Part shown: positions 1-12,800 of the stretch, piece after piece | How positions within the stretch are numbered: position 1 is the stretch's first letter | Layout of the letters: each line of letters begins with the position of its first letter | IMG/VR virus record: IMGVR_UViG_3300028837_002886 | Span: 1-64,000 of that record | Reading direction: 5' to 3' (one strand) | Origin: a virus | DNA: 64,000 nucleotides | The notes under the pieces: model-generated | Told to the model about the DNA's origin: nothing | Seen by the model: the letters and a program-made list of their open reading frames with translations, nothing else | Database searches by the model: none | Position numbers and translations under genes: made by a program

Positions 1-2497
1 CCATAGTGTGTTTCTCTGAAATACAAACTAGGAGTCTCTGCGTCAAGAGCGAGTGCAATTATAACGGCAGCTGTGCTTCCTGTGCTTATATCACTCAGGA
101 TAGTTATCGTGTGCCCATCTGCATCTTCGCTGTAATCCGTTCCTTCTCTTTGTACGACGCCATTGATGTATAACCTCAACGAATCATCACCGAAACCGTA
201 TGTTTGAGACGTCTTGTATTCAGTAATGTTTTCATCGAGCACATAATCTTCTCTAACATATCTCTTAGAATCTGGACCTGTCGATTCTGTTGTTATGTAT
301 CTACAAAATGTTACCAACTCACCCGCGTAAGCTTGTAATACAAAGGTTACACTTCCAGAACCTTGATCGGAAGTATAATCATCGGGCTCTGTCTGCATAA
401 TGCCATTTCGAAATACATATAAATCATCACCAACATTCCAACCGCCTGGAACGATAAATACGGTTTGTCCTGCTGAAGCAGGGGTTAGATCATATCTCTC
501 ATAATAGAATGAATCTCCTGTTACGGTATAAGTTACTGTGTCATAATCGAATAATTCGGGGTCCTGATCTTCTGACATCGCTTGACCATTTCTAAATACC
601 ATTCTGAATATGGTTGATGGCTCAGGAGTATCAAACATGAATTGCTTTTGAGATATAAGCAAGTCCCATTGATCTGTTTCATATTCATACGGAGAATCAA
701 TTACACAAATAGTGACGTTCTGGCCCACCGTCAATGGTGTTCCAAAACTGATCGTGTTGTTGTCTATTTCGGCATAATCATCCAACACGGTTTGACATAT
801 ACCATTTATATATACTAATAGCTGTTTACCATCGGGGACATAGGTTACACCCGTTGGCAAGTCGAAATCTGTTTGACTTGCTATTGAAGTGTATTCGTAC
901 CTGGTGATCGATATATTGTCCCAGAATATGACCTTTATTATATTGTTTGCTGAAAGAGTGTATGCAAAATCTATTCTCCACTTGTCTATAACCAATGTCA
1001 GGGTGTAGTCCACACCTTCTTCAAGCAATTGACCATTTTGATATACGTGAAGATCATTAACGGAATCTGCTATATAATTATTTGTCAACACTTGAGTAGT
1101 TGGTGTCACTATCTCATATGTTTCTTCCAGTGCCACAGCATCGCCCGGGTTACCTGTGTCCTCAAAGTGCCTTATTTGGATTTTGTTTCCCGAACTGATA
1201 TAATCATGAAATTCAGCCTTGAATGCCGTCTCTCCTTGATCTGATGGCATCTGGCTGCATATATTAATTATATCGGAAGAGCTTGTTTGAAAATCGAATT
1301 CCAATCGGCTGTTATCGAATTCTGTATAATCTATTCCTCTTTGTAGTAATACTCCATTGTAATACACAAATAGCGCCTCTGGCTCTAACATGTCGGGCTC
1401 TGTTATGACAATCCTGTTTATATCAGAAGACACTACGTTTTTAGATGTTGCCGTGGTAACTATTTTCTGCCATATGTTATCAACATATACTATTTCTTCG
1501 GATTCCCAGCCTGCGAGATTTGTTAGTTTGTTGATAATTTCGATACGCCTGAATCCCATTGGGACTGTTGCTCTGGCGTAGAAAGATAGAGTGTAGTCTG
1601 TAGCTGCCACGATTTCGTTCGGCATATCTATTTGCACTACATTCCTTATGTTTTGTATGTCCTCGAAATATACTTTAAACGAACCGTCATCATCTATGCT
1701 TGATGTTACACTGCCACTTCCTATACTGCCCGCAGACCAAGCAGAAGTGCCAAAGAGCAGGTTGCCGTTCCAAACCATATTGGTTGTTTGTCCTGCCAAT
1801 TCGACAGCTCCACCAAATCTGCCTGCGTTTTTATCTAGCAAGTAGGTTGTAGGCGTTTGATCGTAATCTACATCATTAGCATCTTTGAATGATAAATACA
1901 GGTCGCGCATGTGAAATATCATACCAGAAGTTAAATTCTTAATCTGTACGAAAAGGCGCGCGTAAGTAGTACCAATCGGCCATTTTTCTAATTCCGATGG
2001 ATCGCCGAAGTTTTCCACACCAGGGTGTCGGACGAATCAAAAGAGACTGTGACGTCATTAATGCCCCATTTATCATAGTCGACCCCAGAAGGACGACCTG
2101 CTGTTACTTTCGTGCTTAAGTCTGTGTAATTAACGGTGCCAGCGTTGACCTTGTTTGCATCTCCAGAATCGCTAACATTCATTAATGAAATAAGCATATA
2201 GTAATTTTGGCTTGTATCTATTTCTACGTAGTCTTTACTGACGAGCGTAATGGTGCCCGTAACTCCTGTTATAACCGCTGTACCATCGTTTTTGATTTCC
2301 ATATTGCTCGCAGAACCGTCCAAGAATTCCCACTTGTCAGGATCGAACTGATATTTCAAGTTCTCATATCTATTAAGAGAGTCAGAGACATTGATATCAT
2401 AATGTAACAGGGCCTGGTTTTCCAGACCTATTGACATTACGTGTCGTTGTCTGTCTAAAATCGATTTTGAGTGAGCAATACTTATGTCTCTACTCAT
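1..2497 (-). CDS. Tail fibre/receptor-binding structural protein with tandem beta-sandwich repeats; frameshifted near 1990-2035 and truncated at the left window edge
   Basis: The 169-aa ORF 1988..2497 continues in the -1 frame (NFGDPSELEKWPIGTTYARLFVQ...GRFGGAVELAGQTTN), which appears open to base 1 (spot-checked). It carries the same L-x-V-x-x-N-G...DY repeats as 2839..5586. N-terminus (RDISIAH) resembles the paralogues (RDITAH, RVTRAH). Confidence 0.7.
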
Positions 2498-2542
2498 AGT
2501 TTTACCAAGTCCATTATAAATATTTTACTAAGTCTTTGAGTC

Positions 2543-2839
2543 TCATTTATTTTTATATTCGCCCTCAAATACTTTCTTTGTGAGTCTTTTCTTGAGCCTC
2601 TCTATGCCATATTCGCATATCAAAGGCATCTTGCGGTAAATTTTGTATCTCGATGACCAATCTTCTTTAGCTACAGCCTGGCTTTGAATACGGCAGTGGC
2701 CGCTATTGTGTAGTGTTACTTGTATTGCATCTAACTCTTTTTTGCCTTTGTATAAAACAAACACATAACCCACGAGGTTAAGTGACGGTCTATTATTCTC
2801 AAACCCCATTCCCTTTCGAATGTTTTTCCAGTCCATCAT
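2543..2839 (-). CDS. Small hypothetical protein, C-terminal K-x-x-h-h-x-x-h-F family
   Basis: 98 aa, start overlaps the upstream stop; ends KKRLTKKVF. Confidence 0.7.
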   Translation of the reverse strand: MMDWKNIRKGMGFENNRPSLNLVGYVFVLYKGKKELDAIQVTLHNSGHCRIQSQAVAKEDWSSRYKIYRKMPLICEYGIERLKKRLTKKVFEGEYKNK

Positions 2840-5586
2840 TACACAATCACCTTTCTGTAGCGCCAGTCATACGTCAGATCTGTTTCATACCACTGCTGTA
2901 TTACTTGAGAATTGACGTTTATGCCTTTTATTTCACCGATGTCGATCATTGAATAGTCTATGTCTATTGCCTGCAATACGCCGTTACTATTAATAAAATG
3001 ATATACATAATATGCGTATGGGCTGCTGAAATCCAATTGAGAAGTTGTTGACGATATGCTGAAATATTCATGCTCAACGCTAGATGGAGCGGCTATTTTA
3101 AATATCGTAACAACATCCTCGTTCTGTCTTGCTGCGTGAAAGCTTATTGTTGTTCCATTCGGTTCATAATAATCTCTCGATGGATCTCCGGAGAATCTAT
3201 CGCCTTCCATTTGCATTACGCCATTGGTAAATACCAACAAGTGCTCGCTGTCATTGGTATATGCGCCTATGACAAAATCGCTTTGAACCCCAGCGACTGT
3301 GGTGTCACTTCTGGCAAATGTCGTTGTCTCTTCGTTGACTATCGTTACTTTTATTATATCTCCAGCAACCCTATTGTCATTGAACTTTATCGTGGTTTCG
3401 CCTTCTGCGGAACTAACGGTATAATCGTCCGTCTCTTTTTGTAATAAACCATTGCAGAACACTAATAGGTGATCTTCTGTGCTTTCTGGTGCTTCAATTG
3501 AAACCATGAAATCTGTGCCCGCTTCGGAGACATTGAATATAGTTTCAAATGCGCCAGGCACATTGTCGCCTGGGTTAAGATATATGACATCTACAATATC
3601 GCCGGTCAAGCGCGAGTCAATGAATCTCACAAAGGTTTGATACATATTTATGGGGCCAGGTTCTATTCTTGTATTCTTGAGATACCCATTCAATACATCC
3701 TGAGTGCTAGTTGTATAATCATATGTTTCTGTATCTAATATTCCATTTGAAAACACAAGAACAGAATCTGTTTGTAAATAAGCTGGGTCCAGTCTGAAAT
3801 CTGCCTGGCCCTGAGTTGCTTCAAAATTCTGAATATTAAAATAATCACTGCTTCTAAAAACAAACGCGCTTATTGCATCGTTAAGCTCGCGGCCCGAGTT
3901 AAATGTAAATGTTGTATTGCCAGTTTCAGTATAGTCGTCGGCTGCGCCGAGCGTCATACATAAACCATTGCAGAACAATAACAAATGATTGCCGTCTGTT
4001 GTGTATATTCCGGCCGGTAATGTAAACACCGTCTGTGCGGCGGTTGCTGTCCAGTCATATCTGGTTACATCAGCCCCGGTTGCATCTTCTATAACGTTAA
4101 CTTGTACAGCGTCTCCTGCTGTTCTTGCGGTATTGAATACTACATCAAAAGGAGTAGGAGGCCCTGTTATGTTGAATATGGTATAGTCATCGGTAACTCC
4201 TTCTTTTTGAAGCACTCCTCCGGAGAATACCCAAATTTGATCTGTTGTATTTGTCGGCTCTCCTCTAGGAACAGAGAATACGGTTGTTGGAGCAGAAACC
4301 TGGAAATTGAAGTCCTGCATTTCGCTCGAAGGATTATCATAAAATAACCCAGACCCTGGATTAAAAGCGACAACTTTAACGCGATCTCCTATGTCTCTTG
4401 GATTGAACATAAACACCCGGGCTAACTGCGTGCCGGGTATGAGATTCGGATCAATTGCCACATACAATGCCTTCGACTTTATATCGTTTACAGTATCATC
4501 TTCATAGTATATCAAATTCGAACTGGCAGTTTCGCTATCTTTAAGAATAGCGTCCAAGTATATAGACACTCTATAATCGGAAAATATACCGCTTACCATA
4601 TGCCATTCCCCTTGCGGTAGCAACTCTTGGTCAAAAGACGCTTTCGCGAATGTTCCACCAAATAGCTGTACTGCGAACTCTATTGTGCCAGCAGGATTTT
4701 TCCATAGCTTATAGCCAGAGGTGGCGCAACCTAATATAGTTTGACTTACGTCTTCCTTGTATTTTAGTATTTTAACCCACGTAGACAAAACCACCCGATC
4801 ATCAGGAAAGAAAGCTGGATAAGTAGTATCATCGGCCAGTTTAACATAACCATCTGTTTGTGCTACTCCAGAGTTAATCCATGCAGAAGCAAAACCCAAT
4901 TGCTCAAGTTGCACTGCGCTTATATCTAAATGACCATCGAAGTCAATAATTATTCTTAGTTGTTGGCTAGGGGTTCCATTAAATTGAGATTGCGGATTAA
5001 GGAATGTGATTTTCGCGCGCGTCCATTCAAAAGACAAATCCAAATCTATTGCCAGTAACTCCTCTGCGGTTGGGATATTTTCTAGCTCTATCCTAACCTT
5101 GCCGCTTGTGTTGCCTGTGTCAGTTCTGTAATAAAACGAAAGAGTATATGTTTGATTTGGCGCCGCGTAGGCTTGAGTGTCGGTATATAAAATCACTTCT
5201 TCTGAAGTGTTAGATCCACTGTTCACCCTCAAGAAATTAAACGCCAAATATGTCGGACTATCGGTATCCATTATGGTGATAAAATCAGTGTTGACTCCTG
5301 CGGTGTCTTTTACCGTTACATTCCAACCTGTAGTGGTGGCAAAACCGGTGTCTACATTTAGATATTCTAAAATATTTGTTGAGCCCTCTTCTGCTGCCAA
5401 AACATAGCCTCCTGTTCTTGTCTCAAGAGAAACAAGATTACAGGTAGAGTCTATTACGGGATATTTGCCGTCCGATGAAACAAAATCATGCCATGGATAG
5501 AATATGGTAGTAGGATAAACCGAAAGCACTTCTGTGCTCAGGTTCATATAGCTGTCTCTGTGGGCTGTTATATCTCTTACTGGCAT
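2839..5586 (-). CDS. Tail fibre/structural protein: carbohydrate-binding-like domain, LamG domain and several tandem repeats (likely start ATG 5586)
   Basis: EEGSTN...YTLSFYYR...WTR...QLEQ (CBM-like); WHMVSG..IYLDA (LamG); repeated LLVF(C/S/T)NG.LQ....DY....TI.F....GD.V units. Confidence 0.75.
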   Translation of the reverse strand: MPVRDITAHRDSYMNLSTEVLSVYPTTIFYPWHDFVSSDGKYPVIDSTCNLVSLETRTGGYVLAAEEGSTNILEYLNVDTGFATTTGWNVTVKDTAGVNTDFITIMDTDSPTYLAFNFLRVNSGSNTSEEVILYTDTQAYAAPNQTYTLSFYYRTDTGNTSGKVRIELENIPTAEELLAIDLDLSFEWTRAKITFLNPQSQFNGTPSQQLRIIIDFDGHLDISAVQLEQLGFASAWINSGVAQTDGYVKLADDTTYPAFFPDDRVVLSTWVKILKYKEDVSQTILGCATSGYKLWKNPAGTIEFAVQLFGGTFAKASFDQELLPQGEWHMVSGIFSDYRVSIYLDAILKDSETASSNLIYYEDDTVNDIKSKALYVAIDPNLIPGTQLARVFMFNPRDIGDRVKVVAFNPGSGLFYDNPSSEMQDFNFQVSAPTTVFSVPRGEPTNTTDQIWVFSGGVLQKEGVTDDYTIFNITGPPTPFDVVFNTARTAGDAVQVNVIEDATGADVTRYDWTATAAQTVFTLPAGIYTTDGNHLLLFCNGLCMTLGAADDYTETGNTTFTFNSGRELNDAISAFVFRSSDYFNIQNFEATQGQADFRLDPAYLQTDSVLVFSNGILDTETYDYTTSTQDVLNGYLKNTRIEPGPINMYQTFVRFIDSRLTGDIVDVIYLNPGDNVPGAFETIFNVSEAGTDFMVSIEAPESTEDHLLVFCNGLLQKETDDYTVSSAEGETTIKFNDNRVAGDIIKVTIVNEETTTFARSDTTVAGVQSDFVIGAYTNDSEHLLVFTNGVMQMEGDRFSGDPSRDYYEPNGTTISFHAARQNEDVVTIFKIAAPSSVEHEYFSISSTTSQLDFSSPYAYYVYHFINSNGVLQAIDIDYSMIDIGEIKGINVNSQVIQQWYETDLTYDWRYRKVIV

Positions 5587-6836
5587 TATACCTGACCTAC
5601 GTAGTAATATGGATTGTACCATGGCATAGCGTTCGTATATGAATGTTCTATTAAGTGATCTGTAAATACTCGAGAACTTATTACAAAATCACTAGCGTGT
5701 CCATTGAGGAAATCTTGATCATACCAAGTTCCTAGATATAGTAAAGCATTTTGTTCGAACGCCAAATTACGACCATCGGTGACTTCTGTGTCCAAGGCTC
5801 CGTTAATATACGCTCTATATTTTATACTGTCATAAGTTATGATCAAATGTATCCATTCGTCTTCTGATGCATCGTGGTTCGTATCTATATCGAACAATTG
5901 ATTACTAGCGTCTGCTCCTTGAATAACCACTTTGTTACCATACGTGTTGTCAGTGAAGGCCACCAATCTGTTATAATCTCCGTGACTGCTGCATATACTG
6001 AAAAGCGCATTCCGAGTGCCATCGAAGTTTTTAACATTAAACCATCCGCCTATGCTGAACGCTCCCGGATTGAAATACGAATTGCTGTATGCCAGCACTC
6101 CATCGGCACGCGTGTTTGCTATCCAAGAAGTAGCAAAATTATATACTTCTGTTTGCGGATGAAAGATATTCATATAGGTAGCGTTGTTCGATGATTCCAG
6201 GTGAAATTGTCTTATTTCATCACCAGTTCCTACAATGTCACCTGCTTGGACCGTATACGGATTAGAGTCAACATACTGCCACCTGTCGGGGGTTACTGTG
6301 ATATACTCATCATAATGATGTCCCGTGACCGAAGAGTATACAGAGAACCTTACGGCTGTCGCGTCGGTTTTAACCCAACACTGTTGAATAACCTCTTGGC
6401 CGGCGTTAACACTGAAGATAACACCTTGAGCATATGTTATGGCTGTTGTAACGGCAAAATCATCATTATATAGAGAGTTCTCCGAACTGCCCGCGAAATC
6501 TACCGGTTTATTACCATCGCCACCGGCAATATATCCTCCAACTGGTGACGTGGCCCAATTAATAGAAAATTGATCTTCGTCTTGAAGACCTCCATCTTCT
6601 ACTTCGTTTGCTGTGCTTCTTTCTACGGTCATTACTCCTTGCTCAAAAGGGCCTTGACCGAACGTGCGAGTTATAATGGCATCGTTAGGATATAATTTGT
6701 GTCCGTTACCATCGATGCCGAGCGTACTGCTATCACAGCTGAACAAAAGTTCTTGTTCTGTAACAGCGTTTGGATAACCTTTGAGAATATTCAAGGTGTC
6801 TTTATGCGCGCGAGTTACTCTGTATTTTTCTATCAT
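5586..6836 (-). CDS. LamG-like jelly-roll structural protein (fibre paralogue)
   Basis: FSIGGWF, WIHLIITYD..YRAYING, LYLG...FLNG are LamG motifs. Confidence 0.75.
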   Translation of the reverse strand: MIEKYRVTRAHKDTLNILKGYPNAVTEQELLFSCDSSTLGIDGNGHKLYPNDAIITRTFGQGPFEQGVMTVERSTANEVEDGGLQDEDQFSINWATSPVGGYIAGGDGNKPVDFAGSSENSLYNDDFAVTTAITYAQGVIFSVNAGQEVIQQCWVKTDATAVRFSVYSSVTGHHYDEYITVTPDRWQYVDSNPYTVQAGDIVGTGDEIRQFHLESSNNATYMNIFHPQTEVYNFATSWIANTRADGVLAYSNSYFNPGAFSIGGWFNVKNFDGTRNALFSICSSHGDYNRLVAFTDNTYGNKVVIQGADASNQLFDIDTNHDASEDEWIHLIITYDSIKYRAYINGALDTEVTDGRNLAFEQNALLYLGTWYDQDFLNGHASDFVISSRVFTDHLIEHSYTNAMPWYNPYYYVGQV

Positions 6837-6839
6837 AGT

Positions 6840-9800
6840 TTAGCTCATCGTGATTCCGGAAGTAACAGGCACCTGCCCCATGATTGTCACAAATACTTTG
6901 ATATATCCGTCATCAGGATCGACCCAATCGTTTGGATTTGAACTTTCGGTTGTTGTCATTGTGTTTTCATCATCAAGCTTGACTACCAAATTGTTAGCGT
7001 TGCTGAGTGTTGGATCCCAGTAAACGTGTCTCAACGGACTGGAGACTCCAAACATCACGACTGTCTTGTCCAGAGATATATTCAAGTTATGTTGAATGTT
7101 CGCTTGCGTATCGCCTGGTGCGCCAGAGACACGACCGCTGAATGTTATTTTGTATGCCTGTAGATATCGTACGCCGTTGCTTTCGTTGCTATTGCTTAGT
7201 GCGATTTCTGAAGATACTAGCGGTGCTGCCTCGACTGCGCCGGTTCCAGATTGATCTAAGGTGACTCTCACACAATCTTGAGTGCCTAACGTATCGTTAA
7301 GATCCAACTTTACCGATTCAATAACATTATAAATCAACGGGTTAGCCGCACTAGGTTCATCTCTGTTGGTGAGCTGTGCTTGTCTGAAGTATACGTTCGC
7401 ATCAGAGTCAATCTTCATTATTTGGTATATGTCATTATCAGTTGAAAAGATTACTTCGTCGGCATCAGCACCTGGCTCAATATGGCCACTCTTGCTAATC
7501 TGGAGATTGTATTTTTGTATGTTGTCTACCTTGCCACTGAAGGTTGTAATCTCACTGTTGTTGACGATGTTTTCAATATAAGCGGGTCTAATAGCGTTGA
7601 GACTCAGATTACCGTCGGCTCCAGCGTTATTGTAAATATGAAGCTCTACGTTCAGGTTTTCATCTTCTTCAGACTTAAGTGTCATACTGTCGGTCATCAC
7701 GTTGTTGTTTATCCAAAGACCATCGACAGCCATTATTTTGATTGCGCTCTTTGCTCCTTGGTATGTAATAAAAGCTTCTTTGCCTGCGTTGTCTATAGGA
7801 GCAGCTACAATCAACTTCCTTAACCTAAGGTCCTGTGTTTCATTAGGCATTTCATAATTCGTCGAGTCGGTTGTGGTCTTTGCGAACACATCATTTTGAT
7901 GTGACAGACTGCTAGATAAACGACCTGCTGTTGATACTTCAAGGTATATTGTAACTTGTTTTATGTTGTCCGTTTCATATACGACTCGATACATTTGTTC
8001 GGAATATATTGGAGTAACTAAGAACGGATCGCTTATGTGTTCTATTTCGCTCAAATCTTGCAATTGAGCAACCGTATGAATTTTTACATACCACGAACCG
8101 CTGTCGGTGGTTTTGATTTGAGTGCTGAATGTCCAAGTACCGGCCGAGTTACCAAACATCGGTGTCGGTGTGTTATCCGAAGTGGTAACTATAGTATAGA
8201 TTGAATTGTCCTCACCAGTTCCTGTTCCGGATAGGGTACTCCACGATGCCCCTAGCAATACGTTATCGTCATACGTTATATCGAATTTGTCAAGCTCTAT
8301 TAGTTGCCACTCGTCTGCGGTTTCTTCCCATATTAGGGCCGAATCGTAGTCTTCGTCGTCTGGATGTCTAAATGATTTTATACCAGAACGAACGGGGCTT
8401 GCTAATTCAGGTATGCCGACCCAATTGCCATCATCATCGAACTCTTGTATTCTGTTGACTTCGATCATATTGTCTTCGACGATGGCGGTGGTAACGTTAG
8501 CAATAACTTCGTTACCCATGACGTACAGGTCGCCTTCGATGAACATGTCGTTGAGTCTAAGGTTAGCGTATTCTCCAGTTGTACCATTTATAATTTTGAC
8601 TTCATCCGTTAATGTAATAATGTCCTGGAGTACAGGTATATTATTAGCATCCAAGAATGGAAGCTTTTTGTTTATCCAAAGTTGAGCTTTGTCATGATCG
8701 ATGGCGCTTCTTTCTACCCTAAGCTCATTTATAAAGCCTTCTGCGAGACTCTCAGACCATGTAATCGTCTCCGTGCTTGGGTTATAAGATTGCTTGAGCC
8801 AACCACCACCAATCTGAATGCTTTCGGTTAGATTTTCAAGGACGTTCGGATCAATGATAATCAACTTACTTATAGGAGTCAAATTATCAAAATAGAATGT
8901 CATCAAAAACTGCCAATCGTTGTAACCGTCTGAGAATCTTGTTATGTCTGGATATATTTCATCCAGCCTTTGCCATGTAACCAAGAGTGTATGGAATACC
9001 TGAAAAGCTTCGTTGCTTTCGAACTTGTATCTACTTTGGTTTTCGGTATCCCACGTATCAAGAGCATAGCTTCTGTATTCATATTCTATATCGCTCTGAT
9101 CTATGTTCATTTGTTTAGTATAGAATACTATCTTGAACGAGTTCCAGTAACTGCCACCATCTAGAGGCCATCTCGAATACGGATTAGCTACAGTTCCCAG
9201 ATTGTCGAACGTAGCTTTGCTCAGTGATTCGGAAGTGTTGTAGTCTTTGGCGTCGTATATGATTTGAAAGTAATTTTCTTGATTTGCGGTTTTTCTACTA
9301 TCAAACAAAACTACACTGTCTTGATAACTTCCGGCGAGGTTGAAGTTATATTTGAAAGTAGGCTTATATTTTAGATATACCGAACCTGCGAGACCACTGA
9401 GAGGAACGTTGTATTGTATTCTCTCATCGAACCTGGCAGAGCTTTGATAGAACTTGGTATAATCCACACCAGCTCTGTAAACTCTTGGGTTAGATAGATA
9501 CAGATTCAGTTTTGCCCTATAATCGCCAGCGTCAAAATGTGTGGCTCCTACATATCGTGGATCGCCTCCGCCAAACTCATCTGACTCATCCCAACCAGAG
9601 GTAATTATTTCTATTCTCTTTGGTATGACGGCCGCCGCGGTTCTGACGCTGATGGTGTCAAGCTTGTCTTCAATTAAATCGTCTGCGCCGCCAGAGAAAG
9701 CTCTTATTGTGCTGTAGTATAAGTCTCCTGTTGCTCCCTCGTCGCTGTAATATATTCTAACTTCCAGCTTACTTGATGCACCCGCGCCGTAAGCGTTCTC

Positions 9801-12800
9801 GAGATAGTATGACAAATCAAATTGGTAGATATCCTTTGGGTATAATGGTTCGCCGGAGCCATCTAAGAAGCTTTGAGATATGGTCATATTCCTATTAAGC
9901 TGCATGGCGTTTGTGTTATCAAACGCAATACCTGTGCTTCTTGGATCTGTGATGTATAAACCTCTTGGGATACCTGGATTGTCAGGTAGGCCGTCAGCTC
10001 TCCAGCGACGGACACCATATTCATCTACGATAGATAAACCAAAATAGTCAGGTGTATAATCCCAATCTGCCTGAAATTCAGCTTCGCTATCATAGAGCCC
10101 CTGTTCATCAAATTCGCCTGGGAAATTATTAAACTGACACACATTATCGTCGTCGATTTCCTCGATGGTCGAACTCGATACAGTTGTAGCTGGAATATAT
10201 CGTCCATTCGATGATACAAAGCTTCTTGAGAACGGGAAGTAAGCTACTGTATCGGATTTGATGCCGATATAGTAATCCCATAGTTGTAGTTTTGTAATGT
10301 AATATCTTCTATCATAAATGTCGTTCAGGAAGTAATCCTGCTGACTAACATTCATGGTATAAAGTTTAATTGCCTCGTCTGTTGACACAAAGCCATACCA
10401 AACGTGCTGTCTTGTTATGGAACCTCCACCACCCGCAATTGCATCCTGCATCGTTTGCTCATCAAACGTCGATGTATTTGGTTCTTGTGGTGAGTTGTCG
10501 TGTGGTATGCCAGGGGTAATGGCTGTTACAAATCCTTCTTCGTCCCACTCTTCGTTTAGTTGTATTATATCAACGCGCGGTATGCTGAAGTCATAGCTTG
10601 CGTATATCTGGTGTTTGAATTGATCTCTGCTGTAAACCAACAGATGTAGTTTCTCGGACCACACATGCGCGGAAGTAAAGGTTGTAACATAATCATATGG
10701 CTTGAGATTTTCTTTTATTCCTGTAACAGGAGTACTAAAATCCGGGTGGGCCTCATCAATACCCTTGAATTCTTTAGTATAAACCATATCGCAGAACAAT
10801 TCATAGTTTTCAGCCAGAACTCCAGAAGGAAGATTGATTGTTACCGTTCTAGCTGTCAGATCTAGGTTTTTGTAGCCTTCGGTACTTCCAACTACCTCTT
10901 CTAGTATATTAAAATATTTGTATTCTATGTAGACCTTCTGATCTGGATCGATACGGCCATAGCCGGTCATTTCGAACAGAGGGTTCGGCTTCCTTCGAAT
11001 TTTGCCATAATTGCTATTAGTTGGATCATATTCGACTTCATAGTCGCGACCTTCAACATAAGAGACTCTGCTTGATGGAGAGTTTCTCACTATGACGGAG
11101 CCCTTGATGAGACGCATTCTGTCTTTGTTTCCCTCTTGAAGCAGGGTGCTAATCACAAAAGTGTGCCACAAAGGACTTGTTGGATCAATAAGGTCTACGT
11201 CATTATCAGATGCAGGGATGCGGATGATTGTTCTAAATTCAGTTGGATTGTTTGTATCATTAAACAGCTCCACATAGCTGCTGGCGCTTGCTTCTTTTTC
11301 GTCGTGCACCTTGAACAATCTACCCTTGGAACCGCCCCATATTGCCCCATTAGCGTCTTTGAAGAATGTAAAAAAGTCAAGGCCGTATGATGTGTTGTAG
11401 AGCATCAATTGATCTACATAATAAAGACCACCGTTGCTGCTCAAGTACTCTACTACTGCAGACCCGAGAGTATCGGTTGTGCTTCCATCAACAGTATCGA
11501 TTGCCGAATTAATACCACCATCAGGTCTGTTTGGATATTCTTCATCTGCCGGTGCGCCCGTAGGATAACTATAGCCCACCTCATCTTTATGTCCACCCCA
11601 TTCGCCTCTGGTGTCTCTAAGTCCACCCATGAGGATGTGATCGCTATAAGAGACGATATCGTTGATGAAACACGCGTGGTTATCGGATGTAAATGAAGAG
11701 GTGTTTACGCCACCAGAATTAAATGCTGTAGCCGTGGCGCTTTCTTCTAATTTTGCTGCGTCGATGCCGATTTGAACAGCGGCCGTGGATTTTATGTAAA
11801 CTCTGGCCTTTACTGTTGCCACATTGCTAAAAGTATCCGTTACTGTATATCGTGTCCAAACATCTTTGGTCGTAATATTAACCGCGGTGCTGTTACTTTC
11901 TAAAATAACCAAGCCTGTGTTGTCTAACCCCTCTATTCCTATTTCAAGGCTAGCGGCCAAATCGGTCAAATTCTGCATATATATTGAGAATGTAAATGTT
12001 TTGGGTGTGCCAGGCGTGACGCCAAGTCCGCCAGACGGCGAATACGTTTGTGACACTCTAGCCGTGTTGGCATCTATATTGACTAAACCAGCCTGGTAAA
12101 CATTAAAGTTGCCTCCATATCTTCTATCGAGAATAACTGAGCCTGGGATTCCACCAGTGAATGTCCAATCGTCTGGAGGATTGCCGTTCTCAAAGTCAGC
12201 ATTCTCGAGAAAGTTATCTATTCTCCACGTTTCGCTTTCGTAAAGGTTCAATCTTTGATAGGCAAAATGCTCATGGTCCCCTTCGTTGTTGGCATCAACC
12301 AATCTCCAAAGCTCATCGTCGCCAGGCTTATGATTGCCAAAATCATCATCCCATTCTACAGAGCTGTCTCCTATGCCAACTAGCATATAAATAGTGGCAT
12401 CTTGTTGGGTCTTGTGCTTCACAAACGCCTTGATTGTGCAGTAGTTGCTTGAAAAATCGGATGCATACTGTATGGCACCAAGACCATTTAATACGAAGTT
12501 CGTATAATTATCATCATGATGCAGCTGCCGCGTTGAGTTAAAATCGCGATCGCCATAATAATATATACCATTGTTCTCTGTGCCTATAATGAGAACTTGA
12601 ACATAGCCACTGCCATATTTAGATGTCTCTGTGAAAGCCGTCACGCTTGTAGTCGCCAGTGTCGGACTTTCTGTTCCAAGATCGGTAATTGTAACGTTCT
12701 GTGGAGCATCAGCCCCATCATGTTCTAATAATCTAAAACCCAGATCGGTACCAACAGCTAGCTGATCGGGAACAGTCCATACATACAGAGTGTTAACAGC

